Positions 19,821-30,221 of a stretch of DNA of 64,000 nt are shown here, piece after piece (position 1 is the first letter of the stretch; the number at the start of each line of letters is the position of its first letter). The stretch comes from Candidatus Gottesmanbacteria bacterium (GTDB lineage Bacteria > Patescibacteriota > Microgenomatia > UBA10105 > UBA927): positions 105,473 through 169,472 of the forward strand of contig CAWEKC010000003.1 in NCBI GenBank assembly GCA_963809665.1, written 5' to 3'. Both the position numbers and the translations under genes were made by a program. The notes beneath the pieces were generated by a model. It did no database searches. It saw only the letters and a list, made by a program, of their open reading frames with translations, and was not told where the DNA came from.

Positions 19821-20216
19821 TGTGAGCGCGGACACTTGATGACTCGCGACATTGAATGTGGCGGCATCAACACCGATTGTGACGGTCATCCCAGGCGAGA
19901 CTGACGCAAAGTTAAATGCGGGTGGTGCAGTAACCGTCCATTCGCCATAATTTTGCGCTTCACCTGAACGACTGTTTTCGGCAAGCTGCATGCCCGCCAC
20001 TTGAAGAGTACCTGTTGCTTCATCAATAGAAGCGACAACACCGACGAGCTTGAGTGCATTTTGGGTGCCTGCCCGTGCGCGGATATCGCTGGAGGATCCC
20101 GTCGGAACGGCCTTCCCGATAATTGCAACAAGCGCTACACCGAGGAGGATAAGTATAATACTGCCGAAAATAAGTACGTATGTTTTATTTTTCATCTCTA
20201 CCTCGCATTTTTCCAT
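19803..20216 (-). CDS. Hypothetical membrane-anchored/secreted protein
   Basis: N-terminal hydrophobic helix YVLIFGSIILILLGVALVAII then Ala/Gly/Ser/Thr-rich domain. Confidence 0.35.
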   Translation of the reverse strand: MEKCEVEMKNKTYVLIFGSIILILLGVALVAIIGKAVPTGSSSDIRARAGTQNALKLVGVVASIDEATGTLQVAGMQLAENSRSGEAQNYGEWTVTAPPAFNFASVSPGMTVTIGVDAATFNVASHQVSALTLTPGK

Positions 20217-20258
20217 GATACGACGGTGTCTGTCAAGTATCGTGGTACAATTGAGTGC

Positions 20259-21221
20259 ATGAAATCGTTTTGGCAGGATCTCCCGAAGCCTATTCTGGCG
20301 CTTGCACCGATGGAAGACGTCACGGATACGGTATTCCGACGAATCGTCGCTTCATGCGCCCGTCCGTCTGTATTTTTTACGGAGTTTACCAGCGTAGACG
20401 GATTGTTTTCCCGCGGTCACGAAGAGGTAATTCACAGGTTTGATTTCGGTGAAACAGAGCATCCGATTGTTGCCCAGATTTGGGGAAATACGCCGGCTTT
20501 GTTTTACAAAGCGGCAAAATTAATAGAAGAAATGAAATTTGACGGTATAGATATCAACGCAGGGTGCCCGGAGAAAAACATTATCTCCCATGGCGGGGGA
20601 GCCTGTCTCATTCAGGATCCGCCGCGTATGAAAGAAATTATTCATGCGACCAAAGATGGGGCCGGTAACCTGCCGGTCAGCGTCAAGACGCGTCTCGGAT
20701 ACAAAAAGATTTCAGAGGGCTGGATACGGTTTTTACTCGAACAGGATTTGGATGCACTTACGATTCACGGGCGCACGGCGGCGGAACTATCCAAGGTTCC
20801 CGCAAACTGGGATGAAATTGCCAAGGCAGTGCACCTTCGTAAAGAACTTAGTAAGGATACCGTAATTATCGGAAACGGTGATGTTGCGGATTACGCTGAT
20901 GCAGTTTCAAAATGTAGTAATTCAGGCGCAGACGGGGCAATGATCGGCAGGGGTATATTTTATAATCTTTGGGCTTTCGATAAGACCGGTATTACCCATA
21001 TGGATGATAGACGTACATTAGAACGTATCATGCGGGAACATATAAGGTTGTTTGATCAGACATGGGGCAAGAGGAAGAACTTTGCCGTCATGAAAAAGTT
21101 TTTCAAAATCTACATACAGGGATTCCCTCACGCAAGTGAAATCCGTGAGCGGCTTATGGAAACCAATAACCTGAAGGATGCAGAAGCAATCCTTGAAAAC
21201 TTATATGAAATGATGCACTAA
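20259..21221 (+). CDS. dus: tRNA-dihydrouridine synthase
   Basis: LALAPMEDVTD N-terminus, FMN-binding TIM-barrel motifs (DINAGCP, GRTAAE...NGDV); start set at ATG 20259. Confidence 0.8.
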   Translation: MKSFWQDLPKPILALAPMEDVTDTVFRRIVASCARPSVFFTEFTSVDGLFSRGHEEVIHRFDFGETEHPIVAQIWGNTPALFYKAAKLIEEMKFDGIDINAGCPEKNIISHGGGACLIQDPPRMKEIIHATKDGAGNLPVSVKTRLGYKKISEGWIRFLLEQDLDALTIHGRTAAELSKVPANWDEIAKAVHLRKELSKDTVIIGNGDVADYADAVSKCSNSGADGAMIGRGIFYNLWAFDKTGITHMDDRRTLERIMREHIRLFDQTWGKRKNFAVMKKFFKIYIQGFPHASEIRERLMETNNLKDAEAILENLYEMMH

Positions 21222-23726
21222 TTTTTTGCGGACTTCCGACGTCACGAGAAGTACGGATGAAAGAAGAATAACGGTTACAAGCTGAGTTGCGGAAATATGG
21301 GCAACATGAAAGATGGAAGATAGTATGGGAACATATAAAAGGAACAGCTGGAGGACGAGCGGGGTGAAAAAGGTAAAGAGGAACATAGAGTCTCTCAAGA
21401 GGTTCCGTTGAAGAATTGAATGTTCGCGTACCCGCACATCCCAAAAGATGAAGTGTTGGACGAGAATTATTGTGGTGAATGCAAACGCACGCGCCACTTC
21501 CAGTTGCTGAGTTTTGTTCCCAATCCAAAAGGCAACAAGGGTAGTTCCTGCGGTTAAAAAAGATACCTCAATAAACCATACCAGATCCAGACGGTCAAAT
21601 ATATTGCGGGATGTTCTGGGTTTCAGTTTCATAATTCGGTCATGTTTTGGTGTGAGCGCAAGCGCTATGGCAGGCATTCCGTCAGTGACGAGGTTTATAT
21701 AAAGTAGTTGGAGAGGGGTAAGAATGAGCGGCCAACCCAACAACATGCCCACCACGACTGCCAGGATTTCTCCGATGTTGCACCCTACGAGGTACTTAAT
21801 TGCGGCCTTGATATTATCAAAAATAGTCCTGCCCTCTTCAACCGCCGTCACCAGGGTTGCGTAATTGTCATCGGTTAAAATCATATCCGATGCCTCTTTG
21901 GCAACATCTGTTCCGGTGATACCCATAGCCACTCCCACGTCCGACTGCTTTAAGGCGAGAGCATCGTTTACACCGTCGCCGGTCACTGCAACGATGTGCC
22001 CCATCCGCTGTAGGAGTTGTACGATACGTAGTTTTTGATCAGGTGTAGTTCGTGCAAATATCCGGATCATCGGCAGTCGCCCGAGGGCTTGTTCGTCGGA
22101 TAACTGGGAAAACTGGGTTCCGGTAATCACTTCGTCGTCTTTGCCGAGAAGCCCGATTTTTTTGCCGATGGCGCGTGCGGTAAGTTCGTTATCGCCGGTG
22201 ATCATTATGGTTCTGATGCCCGCGGATTGGGCGATAGCTATGGCATCGTGTACTTCTTCGCGTGCCGGGTCGGCGATACCGACAAAGCCGAGGAATGTCA
22301 GATCCTTTTCCGCGTCTTCGCGGTTCCGGGGTATATCCGACACCTTCTTTTGAGCCAAAGCGATAACCCTCAGTCCGCGACGGGCAAACTCCTGAAATGA
22401 TAGTTGAATAATCTTTTTCTTGGCGGGCGCAAGTCGCGAACATTTCGCAAGTACAGACTCCGGCGCACCCTTCGTATATACCGTACGGTTTCCGTTATTG
22501 TCCCAAACGACACTCATCATCTTGAGTGTCGGATCAAAAGCAAACTCTTCGAGAAGTGTACCGTCCTGTTTTACTTGTTCCGCGGTAATACCATGGTCTT
22601 GTGCCAACAGGAGAAGCGCTCCCTCCGTCGTGTCCCCTAAAACGTCAACGGAAGTATGATCTTCTTTGTAAATCAGGCTCGCATTGTTGCACAGTACTCC
22701 TGTTGTAATAAGCTCCTGAAACACCGGGCGGGCTGGTGTGAGCATTGTATCTTTCGTCCCGAACGTTTTGCCTTCCGTCCACAAGCTGACGACATGCATC
22801 TGGTTTTTAGTAAGTGTACCCGTTTTGTCTGTGGCAATTATCGTGATACTGCCCAACGCTTCTATCGAAGACAGTTTACGAAGTATAGCTTTTTTTCTGG
22901 CCATCCTTTGCATACCGACAGCCAGAGTAATGGTGATGACTGCCGGCAGTCCCTCGGGTACGGCGGCAACGGCAAGACTGATGCTGGTGAGAATCATCTC
23001 TATAAGGGGTTGGTGTGAGAAATATCCGATGAAAAACACAATAGCACTTGCCGTTAAAGCCAGCCCGCCTAACTGTTTGCCTAATAGAGCCAATTTTTTC
23101 TGCAGAGGAGTCTCTTCTTCCGCGATAGTAGCCAGCGAAGCGGCAATAGCGCCGAATTTTGTCTGCATACCCGTAGTTTCGACAAGTGCTTTGGCTCTGC
23201 CTTTGACAAGTATCGTTCCCAGAAAAATATGCTTCTTATCCTCGTCGCGGGTATTTTTTTCGACCGGCATGGATTCACCGGTAAGTGACGCTTCATTTGC
23301 CTCAAGATGAAGACTTTCAAAAAGCATGCAATCCGCCGGGATTTTATCACCCTCCTCAAGGATTATTACGTCTCCGGGAACCAACAGCCGGCTGTCCATT
23401 TTATGTTCCGCACCGTTTCGTATAACCCGTACGGGGGAAACTGTCATTTTTTTGAGAGCCTCGATTGCTTTTTCCGCTTTGTATTCCTGGATGAATCCTA
23501 AAATTCCGTTCAGAATGACAATAAGTAAAATGAATATCCCGTCAAGGAGATCGCCGAAAAATAATGAAGCGACTGCCGCAGCCATCAATAGAATAATCAG
23601 AAGACTGGTAAATTGGGTAAGAAAAATCTGCAACGGCGTTGTCCGCGGCCGGTCGACAATTTCATTGGATCCGTACTTAATAAATCGTTTTTTAGCTTCG
23701 TGATCCGACAATCCGACCGGTTTCAT
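21201..23726 (-). CDS. P2-type cation-transporting ATPase (Ca2+/Mg2+-type)
   Basis: DKTGTLT phosphorylation motif, TGES, PEGLP, MITGDN, TGDGVNDA hinge; 10 predicted TM helices; start trimmed to MKPVGLSDHEAKKR. Confidence 0.85.
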   Translation of the reverse strand: MKPVGLSDHEAKKRFIKYGSNEIVDRPRTTPLQIFLTQFTSLLIILLMAAAVASLFFGDLLDGIFILLIVILNGILGFIQEYKAEKAIEALKKMTVSPVRVIRNGAEHKMDSRLLVPGDVIILEEGDKIPADCMLFESLHLEANEASLTGESMPVEKNTRDEDKKHIFLGTILVKGRAKALVETTGMQTKFGAIAASLATIAEEETPLQKKLALLGKQLGGLALTASAIVFFIGYFSHQPLIEMILTSISLAVAAVPEGLPAVITITLAVGMQRMARKKAILRKLSSIEALGSITIIATDKTGTLTKNQMHVVSLWTEGKTFGTKDTMLTPARPVFQELITTGVLCNNASLIYKEDHTSVDVLGDTTEGALLLLAQDHGITAEQVKQDGTLLEEFAFDPTLKMMSVVWDNNGNRTVYTKGAPESVLAKCSRLAPAKKKIIQLSFQEFARRGLRVIALAQKKVSDIPRNREDAEKDLTFLGFVGIADPAREEVHDAIAIAQSAGIRTIMITGDNELTARAIGKKIGLLGKDDEVITGTQFSQLSDEQALGRLPMIRIFARTTPDQKLRIVQLLQRMGHIVAVTGDGVNDALALKQSDVGVAMGITGTDVAKEASDMILTDDNYATLVTAVEEGRTIFDNIKAAIKYLVGCNIGEILAVVVGMLLGWPLILTPLQLLYINLVTDGMPAIALALTPKHDRIMKLKPRTSRNIFDRLDLVWFIEVSFLTAGTTLVAFWIGNKTQQLEVARAFAFTTIILVQHFIFWDVRVREHSILQRNLLRDSMFLFTFFTPLVLQLFLLYVPILSSIFHVAHISATQLVTVILLSSVLLVTSEVRKKLVHHFI

Positions 23727-23760
23727 AGGTACAAGTATACTAAGTTTTACGTCACGTGTC

Positions 23761-24327
23761 GTGATACAATTCACGATAATGATACGGACACCTGATAAAG
23801 ACACGTTGCGGAAGCTATATGAATCGCTTCGCCATATGATACCGGCGGCGGAGCGGGTGAAAGCTGATCAGAAAATTACCGATTGCGTGATGGGCAGACC
23901 GGAATGGAAAAATGCGGAAACAATATGTCTCTACATGTCTACGCCGGACGAGGTGGATACCAAGTTGTTATTGGCCACGGCTCTGAATGCCGGAAAAACC
24001 GTTGTATTCCCGCGGGTTGAAGACGATAGATTAATACTTCATAAAGTTCAGTCGGTAGGGGATTTTACGCGCGGGTCGTATCAAATTCTTGAGCCGAAAA
24101 AATCGAATCCGATCGTTGATCCAAAATCAGTTGACGTATATATCGTACCCGGAATTGTCTTCGATAAGGACGGATTCCGGCTTGGATATGGGAAGGGGTA
24201 TTACGACAGATTGCTTGCTGGAATTTCGGCTCCGAAAATCGGTTTAGCCTATGCAGTACAAACGGTTGCAGAAGTTGCTCATACATCGTATGATGTCCCG
24301 GTGACGACCGTCGTGACGGAAAAATGA
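23761..24327 (+). CDS. 5-formyltetrahydrofolate cyclo-ligase
   Basis: VYIVPGIVFDKDGFRLGYGKGYYDRLL signature of MTHFS family; 188 aa. Confidence 0.8.
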   Translation: MIQFTIMIRTPDKDTLRKLYESLRHMIPAAERVKADQKITDCVMGRPEWKNAETICLYMSTPDEVDTKLLLATALNAGKTVVFPRVEDDRLILHKVQSVGDFTRGSYQILEPKKSNPIVDPKSVDVYIVPGIVFDKDGFRLGYGKGYYDRLLAGISAPKIGLAYAVQTVAEVAHTSYDVPVTTVVTEK

Positions 24328-25274
24328 AAACCCACACACATCCCGAATATCAGTATCTCGATCTCATGGCCGACATTATGAAACATGGGCATTGGAAGGT
24401 GAGCCACTCAACAGGGGTAAAGCTTAAAAGCGTTTTCGGGCGCATCTGCAGATACGATTTATCCAAAGGTCTGCCGGTTCTTACAACGAAAAAAGTTTTT
24501 ACGAGGGGTATCATCCATGAACTTCTGTGGTTTTTATCGGGCGAGAGCAACATTAAATATTTACTGGATAACAACGTACATATCTGGGATGAATGGGCAT
24601 ACAAAAAATTTGAATGGGCGGTCCGCGATCACAAGGCACAACCCATGACGTTTGAGGCATTCATGGAAAAAGCAAAAACGGATCCGAAATTTTTGAAAAA
24701 ATGGGGAGAATTGGGGCCGGTGTACGGGGTGCAGTGGAGGAAGTGGCCGGTTAACCATACACGTACGGTAGACCAGCTCGGGTGGGCGATTGAAAAAATC
24801 AAAAAGTTTCCGATGAAGAAACACTATATAATCAGCGCCTGGAATGCCGGTTGCATCTACGAAATGTCAGGCTCTCATGCAGCCTCGATGGTGATCGCAC
24901 CGTGCCACACGATGTTCCACATTAATATTACCGGTGATAAATTATCGTTACTGTTGTATCAGCGCAGCGCCGATTTATTTTTAGGCGTGCCGTTTAATAT
25001 CGCTTCCTATGCGCTATTAACCATGATGCTTGCACAGGTAACGGGATATAAACCCGGTGAGTTCGTGCACGTATTCGGCGATGTGCATATTTATGAAAAC
25101 CACCTGAAACAGTGCCGGGAACAGTTGCAGCGGAAACCAAGAAAATTTCCGACAATTAAAATAAATCCGAAAGTTAAATCAATCGACGGATTTAAATTTG
25201 AGGATTTTGAATTGGTTGGCTATAATCCGCATCCTCCTATCAAGGGAGACATTACTGTAGTGGGTGGATTTTGA
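24324..25274 (+). CDS. thyA: Thymidylate synthase (316-aa form with L. casei-type insert)
   Basis: IHELLWFLSG, IWDEWA, catalytic IAPCHTMF, YQRSADLFLGVPFNIASYALL; about 35-aa insertion after IWDEWA. Confidence 0.9.
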   Translation: MKTHTHPEYQYLDLMADIMKHGHWKVSHSTGVKLKSVFGRICRYDLSKGLPVLTTKKVFTRGIIHELLWFLSGESNIKYLLDNNVHIWDEWAYKKFEWAVRDHKAQPMTFEAFMEKAKTDPKFLKKWGELGPVYGVQWRKWPVNHTRTVDQLGWAIEKIKKFPMKKHYIISAWNAGCIYEMSGSHAASMVIAPCHTMFHINITGDKLSLLLYQRSADLFLGVPFNIASYALLTMMLAQVTGYKPGEFVHVFGDVHIYENHLKQCREQLQRKPRKFPTIKINPKVKSIDGFKFEDFELVGYNPHPPIKGDITVVGGF

Positions 25275-25298
25275 AAAACAGAACGAAATTAGAATGTT

Positions 25299-25324
25299 AG
25301 TGTATTAACATGTTAATACACTAT
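25299..25324. promoter_or_regulatory. 26-bp perfect palindrome TAGTGTATTAACATGTTAATACACTA, putative operator 8 bp upstream of folA start
   Basis: Perfect dyad symmetry read directly; shares TATTAAC-AT-GTTAATA core with palindromes at 38361-38394. Confidence 0.6.
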
Positions 25325-25331
25325 CGGGGAT

Positions 25332-25811
25332 ATGTTATCCATAATTGCAGTTATCGGAAAGAATAGAGAAATCGGAAAAGATAACGGTCTTATCTGGCAT
25401 TTGTCGGGCGACCTTAAACGGTTTCGCACCATTACAAACGGACATCCGGTAGTCATGGGGCGTAAAACATTCCAATCTATCGGACGGCCGCTGCCGAACC
25501 GTTCAAATTTTGTCATAACCCGCGACCCGTTATTCAAGTCAGAAGGAATCATGGCAGTCTCATCACTTGAGGAAGCCATTGAAAAAGCGAAATCCGCACC
25601 GGGGTCGGAAGAAATATTCATTATCGGCGGGGGATCGGTATACGCGCAGGCAATTGATACAGCAGACCGGTTATATTTAACAATAGTCGACGCGGCGGCA
25701 CCCGATGCCGATGCTTTTTTCCCCGATTACCCGCAGTTCACAAACGTTATAGAGGAATCCGGGCACGAAGAACAGGGGATTAGCTACACCTACCGTACAC
25801 TTGAAAAGTAA
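25332..25811 (+). CDS. folA: Dihydrofolate reductase
   Basis: IIAVIGKNREIGKDNGLIWHLSGDLKRFRTIT...VMGRKTFQSIG classic DHFR N-terminus, GGG motif. Confidence 0.9.
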   Translation: MLSIIAVIGKNREIGKDNGLIWHLSGDLKRFRTITNGHPVVMGRKTFQSIGRPLPNRSNFVITRDPLFKSEGIMAVSSLEEAIEKAKSAPGSEEIFIIGGGSVYAQAIDTADRLYLTIVDAAAPDADAFFPDYPQFTNVIEESGHEEQGISYTYRTLEK

Positions 25812-25836
25812 ATGCAGAGTGCTATAGTTTAAGTAT

Positions 25837-26946
25837 ATGAAACTGAAAACGGTCTTTTTTCTTCTCGTATTCACACTTTTCGGTTTTGCTACGGCTGCTC
25901 CCGTCCATGCATTTGAGATTATGGAGGGGGACCAGAGGAATGGTATTACTGTTGCCAAAGATACGGTCGTGAAAGGGTCGCTGCTTGCTGCCGGTAATTC
26001 GGTGGTTATCGACGGAACGATACAAGGCGATCTATATTGCGCCGGGCAAACGATAATCGTGCGCGGCACGGTAACGGGTGATGTTCTGTGTGTCGGACAA
26101 ACGCTTGATATCAGCGGGTCTGTCGGCGGAAATATCCGTTCCATGGGTCAGCTCCTTACGATTGCGGGGCCCGTACAACGTAACGTCGTAATAGCAGGTC
26201 AAACGGTAAGCGTCGCACCGGAAGCGGCAATCACCGGGGAACTTCTTGCCGCAGGACAGACGGTTAATCTTAATAGTTCTATCGGCGGCGATGTGAATGC
26301 TGCAGCTGAATCTATCCTGTTGGGTGAAAAAGCCAAAATAGCCGGAAACTTTACGTATACAAGCCCGAATGCAGCTGAAGAAGCGACCGGTGCTGCGGTT
26401 ACCGGAAAAGTATCTCACATCATTTCAAAAAAACTGGAACCGAAGCCGTTAACCCCCAGAAGTTTGCTGCCTAAAGCTCAGCCGTGGCCGGTGAATGCGA
26501 TAGGATCGATAGTTTTTTACCTCATTATCGGGGCGATAGTTGTACTTTTAGCAAAAGAGAAAGTATTGAGAACCGTTTCCCAGATGCTTGCGCGTCCCTG
26601 GTTTGACGGATTTGTGGGCTTTTTGACAATAATTGCCGCTCCCATAATCATCGTGATGGTTGCCATTACAATTATCGGGATACCGGTGGCCCTTATTCTC
26701 GGCGTTATATTTGCGGTGATGATTGTGCTATCGCGGATCTATGTTTCCGTAATTATCGGGGAGAAACTATTGTCCGCGACCGGCAGAACGAAATCCGGAT
26801 TGCTGTTGCAGATGATCATAGGTGTCATCATTATCGAATTATTGGTTAAAATTCCGGTTTTAGGATTTTTCGTATCCGCCGCCGCCGTACTTTGGGGATT
26901 AGGCGGTATCGTCATGAATTTCGGGAAACGGAAAGCGGCAAAATAA
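25837..26946 (+). CDS. Bactofilin-like beta-helical repeat protein with signal peptide and C-terminal multi-TM region
   Basis: N-terminal signal-like helix; repeated G-x-(V/I/L)-x-G-(D/N)-(V/I) units (residues about 50-200); four hydrophobic helices in C-terminal 150 aa. Confidence 0.45.
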   Translation: MKLKTVFFLLVFTLFGFATAAPVHAFEIMEGDQRNGITVAKDTVVKGSLLAAGNSVVIDGTIQGDLYCAGQTIIVRGTVTGDVLCVGQTLDISGSVGGNIRSMGQLLTIAGPVQRNVVIAGQTVSVAPEAAITGELLAAGQTVNLNSSIGGDVNAAAESILLGEKAKIAGNFTYTSPNAAEEATGAAVTGKVSHIISKKLEPKPLTPRSLLPKAQPWPVNAIGSIVFYLIIGAIVVLLAKEKVLRTVSQMLARPWFDGFVGFLTIIAAPIIIVMVAITIIGIPVALILGVIFAVMIVLSRIYVSVIIGEKLLSATGRTKSGLLLQMIIGVIIIELLVKIPVLGFFVSAAAVLWGLGGIVMNFGKRKAAK

Positions 26947-26949
26947 CGG

Positions 26950-27222
26950 TTACGTAATGTCCCGTTTCATTTCTAAAAATTCCCGCTTGGTGATTTCACC
27001 TTTTGCGTAGCGCTTTTTAAGTATTTGAAGAGCCGTTTCTTCACCTTGTAAATCCTTCCCGTTGTCGCTCATGTCGTCACTTTCCGACCGGTGAGCGGCA
27101 ATTGCCCAAATGAGAAGTATAACTCCGATAATGATAAGGATCGGAAACAACCCGAACTCGAAAAAACCTCCGTTTCCGATTGGATACATATGGCCGTAAT
27201 ATCCCCACATCATGATCTTCAC
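26950..27222 (-). CDS. SHOCT-domain small membrane protein
   Basis: N-terminal TM helix, C-terminal RYAKGEITKREFLEMKRDI matches SHOCT. Confidence 0.55.
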   Translation of the reverse strand: MKIMMWGYYGHMYPIGNGGFFEFGLFPILIIIGVILLIWAIAAHRSESDDMSDNGKDLQGEETALQILKKRYAKGEITKREFLEMKRDIT

Positions 27223-27315
27223 CTACTTTCTATACAAAATATACCCTAACATTCTGAGAAAACGCTGAAAACTTTTTTCATATGTACATTTGTGGGATAA
27301 TATGTCAACAATTTT

Positions 27316-27969
27316 ATGAATTCGAAAGAAACGGTACGGGATGCATATTCGTTTTTGACCCTGCAGGCTTCATCTCGATTGCACAGGAAGACACCCGAAT
27401 CGTACGCGGAACATAAGCAGGCATTACCCGCCATAATCCTAATTCCTGGGTTTTTCGAACACTGGGGAATGTTGCGGAAAATTTCGGATACGCTTTCAGA
27501 CAGAGGATATGATATTTTTACCGTCCCGAAATTAGGGGAAAACCTATCCGATATAAAAACTACGGCTGATAAAATAGAGGAAACAACTCAGCGGAATCAT
27601 CTTCTTTGGAAGGTGTATCTCGGTCACAGCTATGGGGGTATTATGGCCTATTATATGGCGCGTTTCCACGAATCATCAAGGGCGATTGCCATTGCGGCAC
27701 CTTTTTTGGGATCGGATTTAGCGGAACATGCCCGTTTAATCCGGATTGCCCGCACAATGGCTCCACATAGCCCGGTCTTACAGGAACTGATAGACTATAT
27801 TGGGGATACAAATTCACGCGTCGTTTCGATCTATCCCAAGTCGGATAATATTATCCCGAACGGTAGTTATCTTGATGGTGCTGAAAATATAGAGATCAAT
27901 ACGGTTGGGCATCATAATATATTACGACACGTGGATGTCCGTCGGGACGGATTATTCGGTCAAACTTGA
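27316..27969 (+). CDS. Alpha/beta-fold hydrolase (esterase/lipase-like)
   Basis: Nucleophile elbow GHSYGG (G-x-S-x-G), 217 aa. Confidence 0.55.
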   Translation: MNSKETVRDAYSFLTLQASSRLHRKTPESYAEHKQALPAIILIPGFFEHWGMLRKISDTLSDRGYDIFTVPKLGENLSDIKTTADKIEETTQRNHLLWKVYLGHSYGGIMAYYMARFHESSRAIAIAAPFLGSDLAEHARLIRIARTMAPHSPVLQELIDYIGDTNSRVVSIYPKSDNIIPNGSYLDGAENIEINTVGHHNILRHVDVRRDGLFGQT

Positions 27970-28006
27970 ATTTTGGGAAGCAGAAAGGCTACAAAGGCAG
28001 TAATAT

Positions 28007-29063
28007 ATGAATTTGAAAATCGGGATCGTCGGACTGGCAAACGTGGGGCAAGTCAACGCTGTTCAATGCGCTGCTGAAAAAACAGCTTGCGTTTGCTGCA
28101 AATTATCCGTTTGCGACGATTGAACCGAATATCGGCGTCGTACCGGTTCCGGACGACCGGCTCGCGCGTCTTGCGGATATTGTTGAAAAAGAAGAGGGAA
28201 CGAGACCTCCCCTGCGGCCTGCGACCGTTGAGTTTGTGGATATCGCGGGACTGGTGAAGGGGGCATCGGAAGGACAGGGACTCGGCAATAAATTCCTTTC
28301 GCATATCCGTGAGGTACATATTATTTGCCACCTCGTCCGTCTTTTCCCGAACCCCGACATCGTTCATGTGATGGGAGATATTGATCCGGCCCGTGACCGG
28401 GAAATCGTGGAAACCGAACTGATGCTGGCCGACATGCAAACGCTTACCAAACAGACGGAACCGAATCAAACGGCTTCAAAAGAGGAGAGGGCGCGGTGGA
28501 ATGTTATTGCAAAACTAAAAGACGGTCTTAATGTAGGTAAGCTTGCCAGACTGGTCGTTACCGATGCTGAGGAACGTTTATTGGTTCGTGACCTTCAACT
28601 CTTAACGATGAAACCGATGCTGTATGTCGCAAACGTATCGGAAAATCAATTAAAAGAGAAAAACGATATGCTCGCCATATGCGCTGAAACGGAATCACAA
28701 CTGGCAGGGTTGACCGGAACAGAACAGAAAGAATATCTGCAGTCTTTGGGGCTTGAAGCGTCCGGTCTTGACCGGCTTATTCAGAAAGCCTACGAAATGC
28801 TCGGGCTCATTTCCTTCCTTACCTGCGGGGGTATCGAGGCGCGTGCCTGGACGATAGAAAACGGGACAAAAGCGCCGCAGGCGGCGGGAGTTATCCACAC
28901 GGATTTTGAGAAAAAGTTTATTAAAGCAGATTGCATATCGTTTAAGGAGTTTGTAGCGGTGGGGGGCTGGAAAAAAGCCAGAGAGCTTGGCAAAGTGCGG
29001 GTTGAGGGCAAAGAATATGTCATGCAGGATGGAGATGTGGTTGAGTTTAAGGTCGGAACATGA
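28007..29063 (+). CDS. ychF: Ribosome-binding ATPase YchF, interrupted by extra G in GGGG run at 28045-28048
   Basis: ATG at 28007 gives MNLKIGIVGLANVG; removing one G restores GKSTLFNALL...ANYPFATIEPN...VEFVDIAGLVKGASEGQGLGNKFL; TGS domain at C-terminus. Confidence 0.8.
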
Positions 29064-29356
29064 TAATATTAGCCTCTATGCAGAGAGTATATGAGCTTAT
29101 GTTGGTGCTCCGGCCGGATTTTGGCGTGGAGGAAAAAACGGCCCGCGATTTAGTTGAAAAGCTTATCGGAGATAAGAAGATTAAAGAACTGACGGTTATG
29201 GGGAAAAAACGGCTTGCGTATCCCATCAAAAAGCAGTCTGAAGGGGTGTATGTTGTAGCGATTATTACCGGGAGTCCTATGAATATAGGGGCTTTTGAAA
29301 AACAGATAAAATTAGGCACGGACGTATTACGGTTCCTGCTCACGGTAAAGGAGTAA
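29060..29356 (+). CDS. rpsF: 30S ribosomal protein S6
   Basis: YELMLVLRPD...EEKTARDLVEKL pattern of bS6; likely true start ATG 29078. Confidence 0.75.
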   Translation: MIILASMQRVYELMLVLRPDFGVEEKTARDLVEKLIGDKKIKELTVMGKKRLAYPIKKQSEGVYVVAIITGSPMNIGAFEKQIKLGTDVLRFLLTVKE

Positions 29357-29360
29357 GACT

Positions 29361-29888
29361 ATGTCGTCACGAAGTTTAAACAAAGTTCAGCTGATCGGTA
29401 ATCTCACCCGCGACCCCGAGTTACGGTATACGCCAACAGGGGCCGCGGTTTGTACAATAGGATTGGCAACCAACAGGTCGTGGACAACGGAAGCAGGCGA
29501 AAAGAAGGAAGAGACGGAGTTTCATAGAGTGGTTGCATGGAATAAGCTTGCGGAACTTTGCAGCCAGCTTTTGGTCAAAGGAAGAAAGATTTACGTTGAA
29601 GGGAGACTCCGGACGAACACCTGGCAAACGACTGACGGTCAGCCCAGGAGTACAACGGAAATCGTTATTGAGGATATGATTATTTTGGATTCGCGTCGGC
29701 CCGGTGTGACGCCCGGAACGAGTGAAGAGGGAGCAGGAAGCGGAGAAACACCTGCTGCCAATACGTCACAACCGGGGCCAAGTGCAACGACGTATGCGCA
29801 ACCCGCGGTGAAAAAAAACGTCAAAAAGACCGAAGAAAAAACAGAAAGCGCGTCAGAAGAAGTAAATCCTGATGACATTCCGTTTTAA
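29361..29888 (+). CDS. ssb: Single-stranded DNA-binding protein
   Basis: OB-fold N-terminus (LNKVQLIGNLTRDPELRYTPTGAAV...FHRVVAWNKLAE), Gly/Pro/Thr linker, acidic tail ending DDIPF. Confidence 0.9.
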   Translation: MSSRSLNKVQLIGNLTRDPELRYTPTGAAVCTIGLATNRSWTTEAGEKKEETEFHRVVAWNKLAELCSQLLVKGRKIYVEGRLRTNTWQTTDGQPRSTTEIVIEDMIILDSRRPGVTPGTSEEGAGSGETPAANTSQPGPSATTYAQPAVKKNVKKTEEKTESASEEVNPDDIPF

Positions 29889-29897
29889 TGACACACC

Positions 29898-30140
29898 ATG
29901 ATGAAACGAAGATTTGATAAGAGACGTGAACGACCGGTGGCCAAAAACTGTCCGTTCTGCGCCAATAAAACGGAACCGGATTATAAAGATACCGGTGTTT
30001 TAAATAAATATATTACCGAACGCGGAAAATTATTGAGCCGCGCCCGGACGGGTTTATGTGCGCGCCATCAGCGGGGGATTACCGCTGCCGTCAAACGTGC
30101 GAGGCTCGTTGCCCTTCTTCCGTTTATCGTCCGTGCATAA
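29898..30140 (+). CDS. rpsR: 30S ribosomal protein S18
   Basis: CPFC...[42 protein letters not shown] typical bS18. Confidence 0.85.
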   Translation: MMKRRFDKRRERPVAKNCPFCANKTEPDYKDTGVLNKYITERGKLLSRARTGLCARHQRGITAAVKRARLVALLPFIVRA

Positions 30141-30221
30141 ATTCAGCAATATCTCAGGATTTTTTTCTATACTTTCTCCATTTACTGGTATTCGATTTCC
30201 TGATAGTATGGAAGACGTCCT

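Noticed and set aside
24324-25274. ThyA homolog as a dUMP/dCMP hydroxymethylase (DNA hypermodification) because of its 316-aa length
   Set aside because: The extra length is the well-known L. casei-type insertion after IWDEWA, and all thymidylate synthase catalytic motifs are intact.
28053-28469. 138-aa minus-strand ORF overlapping the ychF 5' region
   Set aside because: Antisense shadow of a highly conserved gene; no start context or motifs.
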